DNA of 64,000 nt from an uncultured Planctomycetia bacterium (GTDB lineage: Bacteria > Omnitrophota > Gorgyraeia > 2-02-FULL-51-18). The stretch is from NCBI GenBank assembly GCA_964402785.1, contig CAYODQ010000004.1:159-64158 (forward strand), in the 5' to 3' direction. This document shows, one piece after another, positions 20,327 through 29,202 of the stretch. The position numbers were made by a program, and so were the translations under genes. The notes under the pieces were generated by a model that worked only from the letters and a program-made list of their open reading frames with translations, had not been told where the DNA came from and did no database searches. Each line of letters opens with the position of its first letter. Position 1 is the stretch's first letter.

Positions 20327-20371
20327 CACCAAAAATTCTCTCGTTTTTACCCCCTACATATAGTATTTAGT

Positions 20372-20400
20372 TTGACGTCGCACCCCAATCATGTTATTGT
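20372..20400 (+). promoter_or_regulatory. Putative sigma70-type promoter upstream of smc (TTGACG-17 nt-TATTGT)
   Basis: A −35/−10-like hexamer pair with 17-nt spacing ~35 nt upstream of the smc ATG. Sequence inspection only. Confidence 0.25.
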
Positions 20401-20435
20401 GCTCGCAACAACATTAACAAGGTCTAACTATAACT

Positions 20436-23393
20436 ATGTATTTTAAAAAACTGGAAATATTAGGCTTTAAATCGTTTGCGGATAAAACCGTAATTGAATT
20501 CCAACCCGGTGTCACAGCTATCGTAGGTCCCAATGGTTGCGGCAAATCCAATGTGTCGGATTCTATTCGATGGGTGTTGGGCGAGCAAAGCGCCAAATCA
20601 CTGCGCGGATCCAGCATGGAAGATGTGATATTCGGCGGTTCGATTGATAAGGAGCCGCTCAATCTTTCTGAAGTTTCTTTGACTCTTTCCAACGAAACCA
20701 AATTTTTGGCCATCGATTATGATGAAGTGACGATCACGCGGCGTTTGTACCGCTCCGGTGAAAGCGAGTATCTTCTCAATAAAAATGTTGTTCGGCTCAA
20801 AGATATTCATGAGCTTCTTTTGGGCACGGGCATCGGAACCGATAATTATTCGGTGATCGAGCAGGGTAAAATGGATCGCGTGCTCAATTCCAAACCTGAA
20901 GAGCGCCGCGTTATATTCGAAGAAGCGGCCGGCATCACCAAATTTAAATCCAAGAAAAAAGAAGCGCTGAGAAAATTAGAGCAAACGGACGCCAATCTTT
21001 TGCGCGTCAATGATATTATCCAAGAAGTGAAGCGTCAGATCGCAGCGGTCGAAAGACAAGCCAAAAAAGCCGAGCAGTACAAAGTCGAGTTCGAGCGCAT
21101 GAAGCAGCTGGAGTTGTCGCTGGCGAGCCGCGAATTTCTCACTTTCGAACAAAATAGAAAAGCAAAAGAGGATGAGCTTTGCCAACTCAGAGAAGAGGAG
21201 GCTGCGGCGCATGAAGTGGTATCTTCGATCGATACGCGTTATCAAGAATCACGTTCCCAGTTAAATGAGTTGGAAGAGCAGCTGAAGTCGTTAAGCCAGG
21301 ATGAGATGGCCTCTCAAAGCGAAATACGCCGCACCCAAGATCGTATTCTGATGAATCGTGAGCGTATGGGTGAGTTGGTTGAGCGGCGTGGTCAGCTTCT
21401 TTCGCAGAACGAGTCTATTCAGAGCCGACTGACCGAGCTGGAGTCCGAGATACAGAATTTATCGCGTGTGTATGATGAGGCGGTCGAGCAAGAAGCGCAA
21501 GGTGAAGGCTCTCTCTCAACAGCGCAAGCAAGTATGGATGAAGCGGAAAGTGTTTGTGTGTCCGCCCATGAAGAAGAAAATCGTATCAAGTCTTTGATGT
21601 CCGAAGTTACCAAACGGCGCTCCCAATGGCATGCGGATATGGCCAGGATACGCGCTGAGATCCAGTCAGCCGCCTCGCGTCAAAAGCGCTTGGCTCAAGA
21701 GCAAGAACAGCATTTGCAAGAGATCCAAAAAATTGACGAGCGTATGAGGCTGCCTCTTTTTGAGGATGCAGCGGGCGCCGGCTCAAATCATAGCAAGATC
21801 CAGGAAAAGATCCTTGGGTTTAAGTCCAAAGTGATGGATTTTGTCCGCAGGTTATTTCAGGGCGGAAACCTGTCGGATGCCAGTTTTGAATCTGAGATCG
21901 AAAATGAAATAAGACAGTTCACGGACGAGATCGGCTCTATCCAGGCAAAGATGGATGGCCGCGACATCGAGGTGCGGCATCTTTCTGAGAAGAGGCAGGA
22001 TGCAGAAAAGCGCATGCGGCTTCTTAATGAAGAAGAAGCTCAGGTGATCAAAGAGGAAGAAAATCTTAAGGAGCAGGAGCTTTCCTGCGGCTCCGATGAT
22101 CAGGCGATCGCTGTGGAAGAAACGCGATTTGAGAGCATGTTGGCCGAAGCACAAAATGTAACGGCAGAAGCGCTCAAGTCCAAGGATCAAGTTCTGGTGC
22201 AAGTGGTTGAAGTGCGTGAGCGCCAAAAAAGCATTAGTGACCGGCGTGCGCAGGCTGAAAAGGATAAGAATTGGATCACAGAAACACAGCGTCAGCAGCA
22301 GATCCAGCTGGAGACTCAGACAAAAGAAGCCGAAGATTGTATTTCTCGTAAGGATGCACTTGAGGCCGAAAATATCGCGTTGGAAGATGATGTGCAGCGT
22401 CATCAGTCCAATCGCGACGACATCCTTCGCAAAGTAGAGAATTTAAGGAGTGAGCGCGATGAGGCTTATGCCGGTTTATCCGTACTGGATCGCGAACGTC
22501 AGGAAAAACAGTCTTTTCTGGACGAGGCTCGCGATCGTGTTCACAAGTTTGAGATGGAAAGCGCTGAGCTTCGATTTGAAATGGATAAGCTCAAAGAAAG
22601 AATCTTTAACGCCTATCAAGTGGATCTGATGATCCAGAGCATCCAAGCTGAGACCGAAGCTGCGGCGACCGAAGCATTGATGGGAGATGCGGGCACATTT
22701 AACACAGAAGAGGCAAAAGCTGAGATCCAAAAGATCAAAGATAAGCTTAATCGTATGGGTCCCGTGAATCTGGTGGCGATCGAAGAGCATCAGGAGATGA
22801 CCGAGCGCTTTAATTTTCTGGTGCAGCAGCAGGATGATCTTCTGAAAGCAAAAGACGATCTTCATAAGGCTATCCAGAAGATCAATCGGACGACCAAGGA
22901 GCTTTTTGCTGAAACATTTGCCAAGGCTCAAGAGTATTTCGCCGAATATTTTAAGATCCTCTTTAACGGAGGCCAGGCAGAGCTGGTGCTTTTGGATGAG
23001 CAAGATATTTTGGAGTCGGGTATCGATATTATCGCCAAGCCGCCGGGTAAGAAGCTTCAAAACATCACGCTTTTGTCGGGTGGCGAAAAAGCGCTGACGG
23101 CGATCGCGCTCGTCTTTGCGCTTTTCAAGATCAAGCCCAGCCCATTTTGTATTTTGGACGAAATCGATGCTCCGCTGGATGAGTCCAATGTGGATCGTTT
23201 TTGCAATGTCTTGAAAGATTTTATAACAACATCGCAGTTCATCCTGATCACTCACAATAAACGCACGATGAACCTGGCGGATGCGATCTACGGTATCACG
23301 ATGGCGCAGACAGGTTGCAGCCGAGTGGTGTCGGTGAAATTTTCAGGCAAAAACGCCAAATCACAGGGCGCTGCAGCAGAAGTTATAGCTTAG
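20436..23393 (+). CDS. smc: SMC-family chromosome segregation ATPase (no canonical hinge detectable)
   Basis: N-terminal Walker A 'GPNGCGKSNVSDSIRWVLGEQSAKSLRG'; C-terminal signature 'LSGGEKALTAIALVFAL' and Walker B 'ILDEIDAPLD'. The central ~700 aa are coiled-coil. At 985 aa it is shorter than typical SMC proteins (~1150-1200 aa). Confidence 0.8.
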   Translation: MYFKKLEILGFKSFADKTVIEFQPGVTAIVGPNGCGKSNVSDSIRWVLGEQSAKSLRGSSMEDVIFGGSIDKEPLNLSEVSLTLSNETKFLAIDYDEVTITRRLYRSGESEYLLNKNVVRLKDIHELLLGTGIGTDNYSVIEQGKMDRVLNSKPEERRVIFEEAAGITKFKSKKKEALRKLEQTDANLLRVNDIIQEVKRQIAAVERQAKKAEQYKVEFERMKQLELSLASREFLTFEQNRKAKEDELCQLREEEAAAHEVVSSIDTRYQESRSQLNELEEQLKSLSQDEMASQSEIRRTQDRILMNRERMGELVERRGQLLSQNESIQSRLTELESEIQNLSRVYDEAVEQEAQGEGSLSTAQASMDEAESVCVSAHEEENRIKSLMSEVTKRRSQWHADMARIRAEIQSAASRQKRLAQEQEQHLQEIQKIDERMRLPLFEDAAGAGSNHSKIQEKILGFKSKVMDFVRRLFQGGNLSDASFESEIENEIRQFTDEIGSIQAKMDGRDIEVRHLSEKRQDAEKRMRLLNEEEAQVIKEEENLKEQELSCGSDDQAIAVEETRFESMLAEAQNVTAEALKSKDQVLVQVVEVRERQKSISDRRAQAEKDKNWITETQRQQQIQLETQTKEAEDCISRKDALEAENIALEDDVQRHQSNRDDILRKVENLRSERDEAYAGLSVLDRERQEKQSFLDEARDRVHKFEMESAELRFEMDKLKERIFNAYQVDLMIQSIQAETEAAATEALMGDAGTFNTEEAKAEIQKIKDKLNRMGPVNLVAIEEHQEMTERFNFLVQQQDDLLKAKDDLHKAIQKINRTTKELFAETFAKAQEYFAEYFKILFNGGQAELVLLDEQDILESGIDIIAKPPGKKLQNITLLSGGEKALTAIALVFALFKIKPSPFCILDEIDAPLDESNVDRFCNVLKDFITTSQFILITHNKRTMNLADAIYGITMAQTGCSRVVSVKFSGKNAKSQGAAAEVIA

Positions 23394-24561
23394 TCGGTTT
23401 TCGGTAGACGCGCACCCGGTTCTTTCCATCGCGCTTGGCGTCGTACAAGGCTCCGTCCGCACAAAAAATAAGCTTATCTTTGTCTTCAGCGTCTTCCGGA
23501 TAGCTCGCAACACCTATCGATACGGTTATTTGTTTGGGAAGGTCGTTGTGCGGTGAAGGGGTTGAATCTTTTTCGATCGCTTCGCGGAGACGTTCAGCCA
23601 ATCGAGTGGCTTCTTGCTTTCCGGTTCCGGGCAACACTGCGACGAATTCCTCTCCTCCGTAACGCGCCAGATTGTCCATGCGACGCATGACAGTTTTGGA
23701 GATCTTGGACACTTGCTCCAGAGCGCGGTCGCCGGCCGGGTGGCCAAAGGAGTCGTTGTAGGATTTGAAATCATCCACGTCGAAGACAATGAGGCTAAGG
23801 GGTTGATCTTTTGCTTTGGCCTCGCGAATGCCTTCCGCCAGGATAGTTTGGAAATGACCGTGGTTCCACAACTTGGTGAGTGAGTCTTGATGGGCCGAAG
23901 TGACCACTTGGTCGTATATTTTTGAATTCTCCAGCGCCAAAGCTGCGTGGTTGGCCAACATCATCACTCTGCGGATATCGGTCTCTTCCAATTTCTTTTT
24001 GGTGGTGATGTTGTCGACAAGCATGACGCCGATGACGCTATTTTTGCCCCGAAGCGGCACTACTAAAAACTCTTCAATGTCCAAGCTGATAAGATTTCTT
24101 TCCGATAGCGCATGTTTGGCATCCAACTTGCCGATCAAAGACGGTTTATCATAGATAATGGCATTGGCAAGCGCGCCATATGATTTTTCCACGGGCATAC
24201 GAACCTTGCTCACGATCTTGTTGAGCTCTATATCGATCTTCTTGTTGGCTTTGCGATACACATCCAAGAGGCCCTCTAACGTGATTTTTTTTTCTTCGAT
24301 CATCTTCCAGACCTGGGGCGACGTCTCCGGGTGTGTGGGGCCTATTCCCATGCGGCCTTCTAAAAAAGCGCCTGTGTCATCCAACAGAAAAAGGATGGCC
24401 CGATTGTAGCCAAGGCCTTCGTGACTTGTCACGGCACTTAAAATAAGATAGATGACCTCATCCAGGAGCAAGGTGGTGCGGATGAGGTTGCCGATTTCGT
24501 ACAAAAGCAGCAACTCTTGCCGTGTTTTTTTGAGTTCTTCTTGTAATTGATGGATGTCCAT
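23383..24561 (-). CDS. GAF-GGDEF diguanylate cyclase
   Basis: C-terminal 'RYGGEEFVAVLP' (the GGEEF active site) with an N-terminal GAF-like region. The start is taken at MDIHQ (24561) within ORF 23383..24675. The 3' end overlaps the smc 3' end by 11 nt in a convergent arrangement. Confidence 0.8.
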   Translation of the reverse strand: MDIHQLQEELKKTRQELLLLYEIGNLIRTTLLLDEVIYLILSAVTSHEGLGYNRAILFLLDDTGAFLEGRMGIGPTHPETSPQVWKMIEEKKITLEGLLDVYRKANKKIDIELNKIVSKVRMPVEKSYGALANAIIYDKPSLIGKLDAKHALSERNLISLDIEEFLVVPLRGKNSVIGVMLVDNITTKKKLEETDIRRVMMLANHAALALENSKIYDQVVTSAHQDSLTKLWNHGHFQTILAEGIREAKAKDQPLSLIVFDVDDFKSYNDSFGHPAGDRALEQVSKISKTVMRRMDNLARYGGEEFVAVLPGTGKQEATRLAERLREAIEKDSTPSPHNDLPKQITVSIGVASYPEDAEDKDKLIFCADGALYDAKRDGKNRVRVYRKPTKL

Positions 24562-24590
24562 AGTAGGATAGGTGAATAGTACCATATTTA

Positions 24591-25328
24591 TTGAGGTTCG
24601 CCCAATTGCCCGCCACAGATGAAGTGATTCAAGACCAAGCCCAGATTCGCGATATGTTTCAAGGGCTAGCCCCAAAATACGATATATTTAATCGATTAAC
24701 AAGTATGGGAATGGATAGTTTATGGCGAAAAGTAGCCTTGGAGGTTGTCCGGCCAGGAATGAGGGTGTTAGACCTGGGTTGCGGAACAGGTGATCTGACG
24801 CTCGGCGCGGCGCTTAAAATGGGGCCAGGTCAAGGTGAGGTTATCGGCTTGGATTTCTCTCAAAATATGCTGGCGATCGCCCAAAAAAGATACAAGAAGA
24901 TCGGGTTCAAATCAGCAACGGTTCGTTTTGTCGCACTGCGAGCGGAAGATATTCCGTTTGAGGATGCTGGCTACGATTTGGTGGTGTCTGGATTCGTGCT
25001 TCGAAACATATATGAGAACATAGATCTTATTTTAAAAAAGATCCATCGGTCGCTTTTGCCGCATGGAAAGATCAGGTTGCTGGATTTTACGGAGCCGCCA
25101 TCCAGAGCTTGGAAAAAAATGTGGCAGCTGTATATGAACACGGCGGTTAAGGTGTATGGACATATTCTTTTTGGGAGTCAATTTCCAGATACGTATTTGA
25201 CGCGATCTGCGGAGCGCTTTGCCAAACCGGCAGAGTTCGTTGGCAAACTCAAGTCCGCGGGATTTAGAAATATCGAGACCCAAACATTTCTTGGGGGCAT
25301 TATTATTTTGTACAAGGCGGATCGATAG
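24591..25328 (+). CDS. ubiE: Demethylmenaquinone/ubiquinone C-methyltransferase (UbiE/MenG family)
   Basis: 'FQGLAPKYDIFNRLTSMGMDSLWRK' and motif I 'VLDLGCGTGDL'. An alternative start at ATG 24654 is possible. Confidence 0.8.
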   Translation: MRFAQLPATDEVIQDQAQIRDMFQGLAPKYDIFNRLTSMGMDSLWRKVALEVVRPGMRVLDLGCGTGDLTLGAALKMGPGQGEVIGLDFSQNMLAIAQKRYKKIGFKSATVRFVALRAEDIPFEDAGYDLVVSGFVLRNIYENIDLILKKIHRSLLPHGKIRLLDFTEPPSRAWKKMWQLYMNTAVKVYGHILFGSQFPDTYLTRSAERFAKPAEFVGKLKSAGFRNIETQTFLGGIIILYKADR

Positions 25329-25332
25329 GAAC

Positions 25333-26793
25333 ATGAAAAGTAACTTTAAGAATTTAAGAGAATTCCTGAGTCTTCTTGAGAAAGAAGGTGAATTGATCCG
25401 AATACCCAAAGAAGTGGATCCAGAGCTTGAGATCACCGAGATCACCGACCGGGTTTCCAAGATGCCGGGTGGCGGCAAAGCACTTCTATTTGAGAATGTG
25501 AAGGGATCCAAGATGCCTGTTCTCATCAATGCGTTTGGTTCGTATCGGCGCATGGCGCTGGCCATGGGTGGAGAAAATATCGATCATGCCGCCAAGCGGA
25601 TAGAGAAGCTTCTCTCGATCAAAGGTGTGCCCAAGACTTTTGCCGGGAAATTTGATCTCTTGGGCGAGATGATCGATCTTTCTAAGATCCCGCCAAAGCA
25701 TGTCAAAAATGCCCCCTGTCAGGATGTCGTGGTGACGGACAAGGCGCGGCTTTCAAAAATACCCATTCTTAAATGCTGGCCCAAAGATGCGGGACGATTC
25801 ATTACATTGCCGCTTGTGTTCACGCGAGATCCGGATACCGGCGAGCGCAATATCGGGATGTACCGCATGCAGGTATTCGACGACAAATCGACGGGCATGC
25901 ATTGGCAAACACAGAAAGATGGTGCTATCCATGCTGAGAAAGCCAAGCGGCTAGGCAAAAAGCTGGAGGTGGCGGTGGTGATCGGGGCTGATCCTGCTAC
26001 GGTTTTTTCGGCGGTAGTACCGCTTCCTTATGGATTGGATGAGCTTTTGTTTGCGGGTTTTGTGCGTGGCTCGGGTGTGGAGCTGGTCAAATGCAAAACG
26101 GTGGATATCGATGTGCCGGCTGAAGCTGAGATCGTGCTCGAAGGCACTGTGGATCCCAATGATCTAAAAGAAGAGGGGCCTTTTGGAGACCATACAGGCG
26201 TGTACACTCCCGTAGAATTATTTCCTGTGTTTCGGATCCAATGCATCACGCATCGCAAAGATCCGATTTACTTAACGACGATCGTCGGTAAACCGCCAAT
26301 GGAGGATTATTACATGGGCAAAACAATTGAGCGGACATTTTTGCCGCTTTTACAAAAACAGATCCCGGAGCTGGTGGAGATGAATTTTCCCATGGAGGGG
26401 ACATTCAACAATGCTGTGATCGTGTCTATCGATAAAGCCTATCCGTTTCAGGCGCGAAAGGTCGCACATGCGATCTTTGGGCTTGGACAGCTGTCGTTCA
26501 CCAAATTTGTCATCGTCGTCGATAAAACGGTGAATGTGCACGATCTGTCCGCGGTGGCGCTGGCCGTATTCAACAATATCGATCCCAAGCGTGACATGTC
26601 ATTCGTCGAGGGCCCCGTGGATACACTCAATCATGCAGCGCCCATAAAGGATTTTGGATCGAAAGTGTGCATAGACGCCACGGCAAAAATGAAAGAAGAG
26701 GGTTACACAAGAGCCTGGCCGGAAGAGATCGAAATGGATCAGGCCACGAAATCAAAAGTGGACGGCATCTGGAAAGAGCTTGGGATTAAATAG
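25333..26793 (+). CDS. ubiD: UbiD-family decarboxylase (MqnL-like, menaquinone late step)
   Basis: 'LREFLSLLEKEGELIRI' N-terminus and UbiD-family length and fold signatures. The start is taken at ATG 25333 rather than the ORF-track start 25219, which overlaps ubiE. Confidence 0.8.
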   Translation: MKSNFKNLREFLSLLEKEGELIRIPKEVDPELEITEITDRVSKMPGGGKALLFENVKGSKMPVLINAFGSYRRMALAMGGENIDHAAKRIEKLLSIKGVPKTFAGKFDLLGEMIDLSKIPPKHVKNAPCQDVVVTDKARLSKIPILKCWPKDAGRFITLPLVFTRDPDTGERNIGMYRMQVFDDKSTGMHWQTQKDGAIHAEKAKRLGKKLEVAVVIGADPATVFSAVVPLPYGLDELLFAGFVRGSGVELVKCKTVDIDVPAEAEIVLEGTVDPNDLKEEGPFGDHTGVYTPVELFPVFRIQCITHRKDPIYLTTIVGKPPMEDYYMGKTIERTFLPLLQKQIPELVEMNFPMEGTFNNAVIVSIDKAYPFQARKVAHAIFGLGQLSFTKFVIVVDKTVNVHDLSAVALAVFNNIDPKRDMSFVEGPVDTLNHAAPIKDFGSKVCIDATAKMKEEGYTRAWPEEIEMDQATKSKVDGIWKELGIK

Positions 26794-26964
26794 ATATGAA
26801 TATACGTATGCGCGAACGGGGCCTGCCGCCGTGCTGCACCCCAAAAAGCCTCGTGTCGGCGCGCTTCGCGCTGGCACTACGTTATTTTGGGGGCCCCGCA
26901 CCGCGTCACCCGTTCGAGATGCGATATTCCACATCAATCGGCTCGCAATTTTTACTGACGACGT

Positions 26965-27528
26965 ATGATAACTAGCAACAAAACTGTTCTAGAAATGTTT
27001 AAGGATCTTTGTGATTCAGCACATGAGGCTTGGGCATTAAGAAAAAGTATTGATGAGCAAAAAAATTTACTATTATCGCACCCACAACTCAATGATTTTT
27101 TTTGTAGAATTTCCATCATTCTTCAGGATCACTGGATACTGGAGCTTACAAAGTTACATGACCCAGCATTAGATAAAAAGAGTTTAAATTTAACTATTGA
27201 TTACGTCGTAAGGTATGGAGGTTGGGATCCCGCCACAAAAGATAAGCTAAAAGGCTTGCAAATAAAATTAGATAAATTGAAGTCTGACCTGCTGCCAGCA
27301 AGAAATAAAATTATTTGTCATAATGATCTTGAGGCTCTGTTGGACGGGACTCGCTTGGGTAGTTTTGATGCCGGAAAAGATGAAAGTTATTTCAACGCAT
27401 TAAAAGAATTTCTCGAGCTTTGCTACGAAAAAGCGGGCATCGAACCATGTCTTTTTAACACTCATGATTTTTTTAAGACGGATGTGGCAATATTGGCTAA
27501 AATTATTAACGAAGCAGCTATGAGGTGA
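26965..27528 (+). CDS. Hypothetical all-alpha protein, possible HEPN-type (Rx5H) abortive-infection-like nuclease; AT-rich, probably horizontally acquired
   Basis: The ORF is markedly AT-rich relative to its flanks and is inserted between ubiD and ubiA. 'ARNKIICHND' fits the HEPN Rx4-6H motif. No other family motif recognized. Confidence 0.4.
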   Translation: MITSNKTVLEMFKDLCDSAHEAWALRKSIDEQKNLLLSHPQLNDFFCRISIILQDHWILELTKLHDPALDKKSLNLTIDYVVRYGGWDPATKDKLKGLQIKLDKLKSDLLPARNKIICHNDLEALLDGTRLGSFDAGKDESYFNALKEFLELCYEKAGIEPCLFNTHDFFKTDVAILAKIINEAAMR

Positions 27529-27531
27529 AGT

Positions 27532-27699
27532 ATGGGTTATGAGGCGGGGAATAAGGTGAGTTCGGTTTATTGGCAGTTTTTGGCGGCGGCGTTGGCGGCG
27601 TATGTGGCGGTGTCGAGTTTTTGGCTGGCCAATCTGATCACTCGCGTGGGTGATATTGAGCACGAGATAGAGCACAAGCATCATCCAGGACATAAATAG
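27532..27699 (+). CDS. Small (55 aa) single-TM protein with His-rich C-terminus
   Basis: Strong SD 'GAGGTGA' 7 nt upstream of the ATG. Hydrophobic core 'VYWQFLAAALAAYVAVSSFWLANLI' and tail 'HEIEHKHHPGHK'. Not in the ORF track because it is under 60 aa. Confidence 0.35.
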   Translation: MGYEAGNKVSSVYWQFLAAALAAYVAVSSFWLANLITRVGDIEHEIEHKHHPGHK

Positions 27700-27711
27700 T
27701 CATTTTGATAG

Positions 27712-28566
27712 ATGATGCTGAGCAAGCTAAAAACTTTTTTTGAATTGATCAAATTTGAGCATACGGTATTTGCGCTGCCTTTTGCTTATATGGGGATGGT
27801 GCTGGCGCAAAAAAGATGGCCGGGTTTCATCGTTTTTTTGTGGGTGACGCTGGCGATGGCATCTGCGCGGACAGCGGGGATGACGCTAAACCGCATCATA
27901 GATCGACAGATCGACGCCAAAAATCCACGCACCAAAAATCGCGCGCTCGTGACAGGTGAATTCAAGATCCTTTGGGCGATCGGCGCGGTCGTAGCAGGTA
28001 TTGCTTTGCTTCTCTTGTCATCCTGGCAATTGAATGAGCTTTGTCTCAAGCTTTCACCCGTAGCATTTATTTTGCTCACAGGTTATCATTACGCCAAGCG
28101 ATTTACTTTTTTGTGTCATTTTATTCTAGGTGCGGTGTTGGCGGTAGCACCCATCGGCGGGTGGCTGGCCGTGACAGGCGTTTTTGCTTGGCCTCCGTTC
28201 ATTTTGGGTTTGGCGGTTCTTTTTTGGGTGGCTGGTTTTGATATCCTATATGCGCTTCAGGATACGGATTTTGACCGCGCCTCTGGTTTGCATTCGATAC
28301 CCGTGAAATATGGCGAATCCAAGGCTCTTTTTATTTCAAAAATATGCCACTTGGTGACCGCGCTTTGGCTTATACTATTTGGGATCGTCGCTGGACTTGG
28401 GTCTATCTATTTCGTAGGTGTAGTCGTTACGTCTATTCTTTTGTGTGTGGAGCATTGGCTCATCTCGGAAGGCGGCCTCTCCAAAATCAACGCGGCTTTT
28501 TTTACGGTGAACGGATGGATCGGGATATTGCTTTTTATTTTCACACTCATGGAAATTTATAAATGA
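27712..28566 (+). CDS. ubiA: UbiA-family aromatic prenyltransferase (MqnP/UbiA-like)
   Basis: 'NRIIDRQIDAKNPRTKNRAL' (first Asp-rich motif) and 'DILYALQDTDFD' (second Asp-rich motif), with 8-9 TM helices. Confidence 0.85.
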   Translation: MMLSKLKTFFELIKFEHTVFALPFAYMGMVLAQKRWPGFIVFLWVTLAMASARTAGMTLNRIIDRQIDAKNPRTKNRALVTGEFKILWAIGAVVAGIALLLLSSWQLNELCLKLSPVAFILLTGYHYAKRFTFLCHFILGAVLAVAPIGGWLAVTGVFAWPPFILGLAVLFWVAGFDILYALQDTDFDRASGLHSIPVKYGESKALFISKICHLVTALWLILFGIVAGLGSIYFVGVVVTSILLCVEHWLISEGGLSKINAAFFTVNGWIGILLFIFTLMEIYK

Positions 28567-29174
28567 AACAAGTTATTGTTGGGATCACGGGTGCAAGTGG
28601 CGCCATCATCGGCGAGAGGCTGGTTCGTTTTCTTTTGGAGGCGGATGTGACCGTGCACGCGGTGGTGAGCCCCAATGCCGTGGAAGTTTTTAAAGCTGAG
28701 CATGATCTGGAGCTCTCGGGCAATTTTGAGTCCATGCAAAAGAAATTCATGAAACATTTTGGCCATTCGAAGAAATTAAATGTGGTGCCATGCAATGATT
28801 TTGCAGCGCGCATTTCGAGCGGTTCGGCGCCTATTGATGCCATGGTGATCGCGCCCTGCAGTCTTTCGACCGTGGGTGCTATCGCAGCGGGGATCACCAT
28901 GAATTTGATCCAACGTTCAGCGAGTGTGTCGATCAAAGAGAAAAGACCGCTTATTTTGGTGCCAAGAGAGAGTCCGCTCAGCCCCATCCATCTTCAGAAT
29001 TTACTGCGTTTATCCGAGATTGGCGTGCACATTGTCCCAGCCACAACCGCCTTCTATCATCGTCCCAAAACAGTCGAAGATATGGTGGATTTTACGATCG
29101 GAAGAGTGCTTGATATTTTAAAAATAAAGCATAAACTATTCACTCGTTGGCGTGAAACTGCCCAAGAGGAATAG
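28563..29174 (+). CDS. ubiX: Flavin prenyltransferase UbiX/Pad1 (prenyl-FMN synthase, MqnM-like)
   Basis: 'VIVGITGASGAIIGERL' flavoprotein fold N-terminus, ~200 aa, ATGA-coupled to ubiA. Confidence 0.85.
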   Translation: MKQVIVGITGASGAIIGERLVRFLLEADVTVHAVVSPNAVEVFKAEHDLELSGNFESMQKKFMKHFGHSKKLNVVPCNDFAARISSGSAPIDAMVIAPCSLSTVGAIAAGITMNLIQRSASVSIKEKRPLILVPRESPLSPIHLQNLLRLSEIGVHIVPATTAFYHRPKTVEDMVDFTIGRVLDILKIKHKLFTRWRETAQEE

Positions 29175-29202
29175 ATTGCCACGGCGCTTTCAGCGCCTCG
29201 CA

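Noticed and set aside
20976-21245. 89-aa − strand ORF inside the smc coiled-coil region
   Set aside because: It is a short antisense artefact with no SD and no motifs.
21852-23255. Two long antisense ORFs (21852..22403 and 22476..23255, − strand) inside smc
   Set aside because: They are fully contained within the strongly supported SMC coding region. Their products are low-complexity K/L/F-rich sequences without motifs, typical of reverse-frame artefacts of coiled-coil genes.
25219-25332. ORF-track start of the UbiD-like gene at 25219, overlapping ubiE by 110 nt
   Set aside because: The N-terminal 38 codons are read-through of the ubiE 3' region. The conserved UbiD N-terminus begins at ATG 25333 directly after the ubiE stop.
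26880-26935. tRNA-like T-loop motif (cacccGTTCGAGatgcg) in the GC-rich segment after ubiD
   Set aside because: No acceptor, D or anticodon stems can be drawn around it. It was kept only as part of a possibly structured intergenic element, not as a tRNA.
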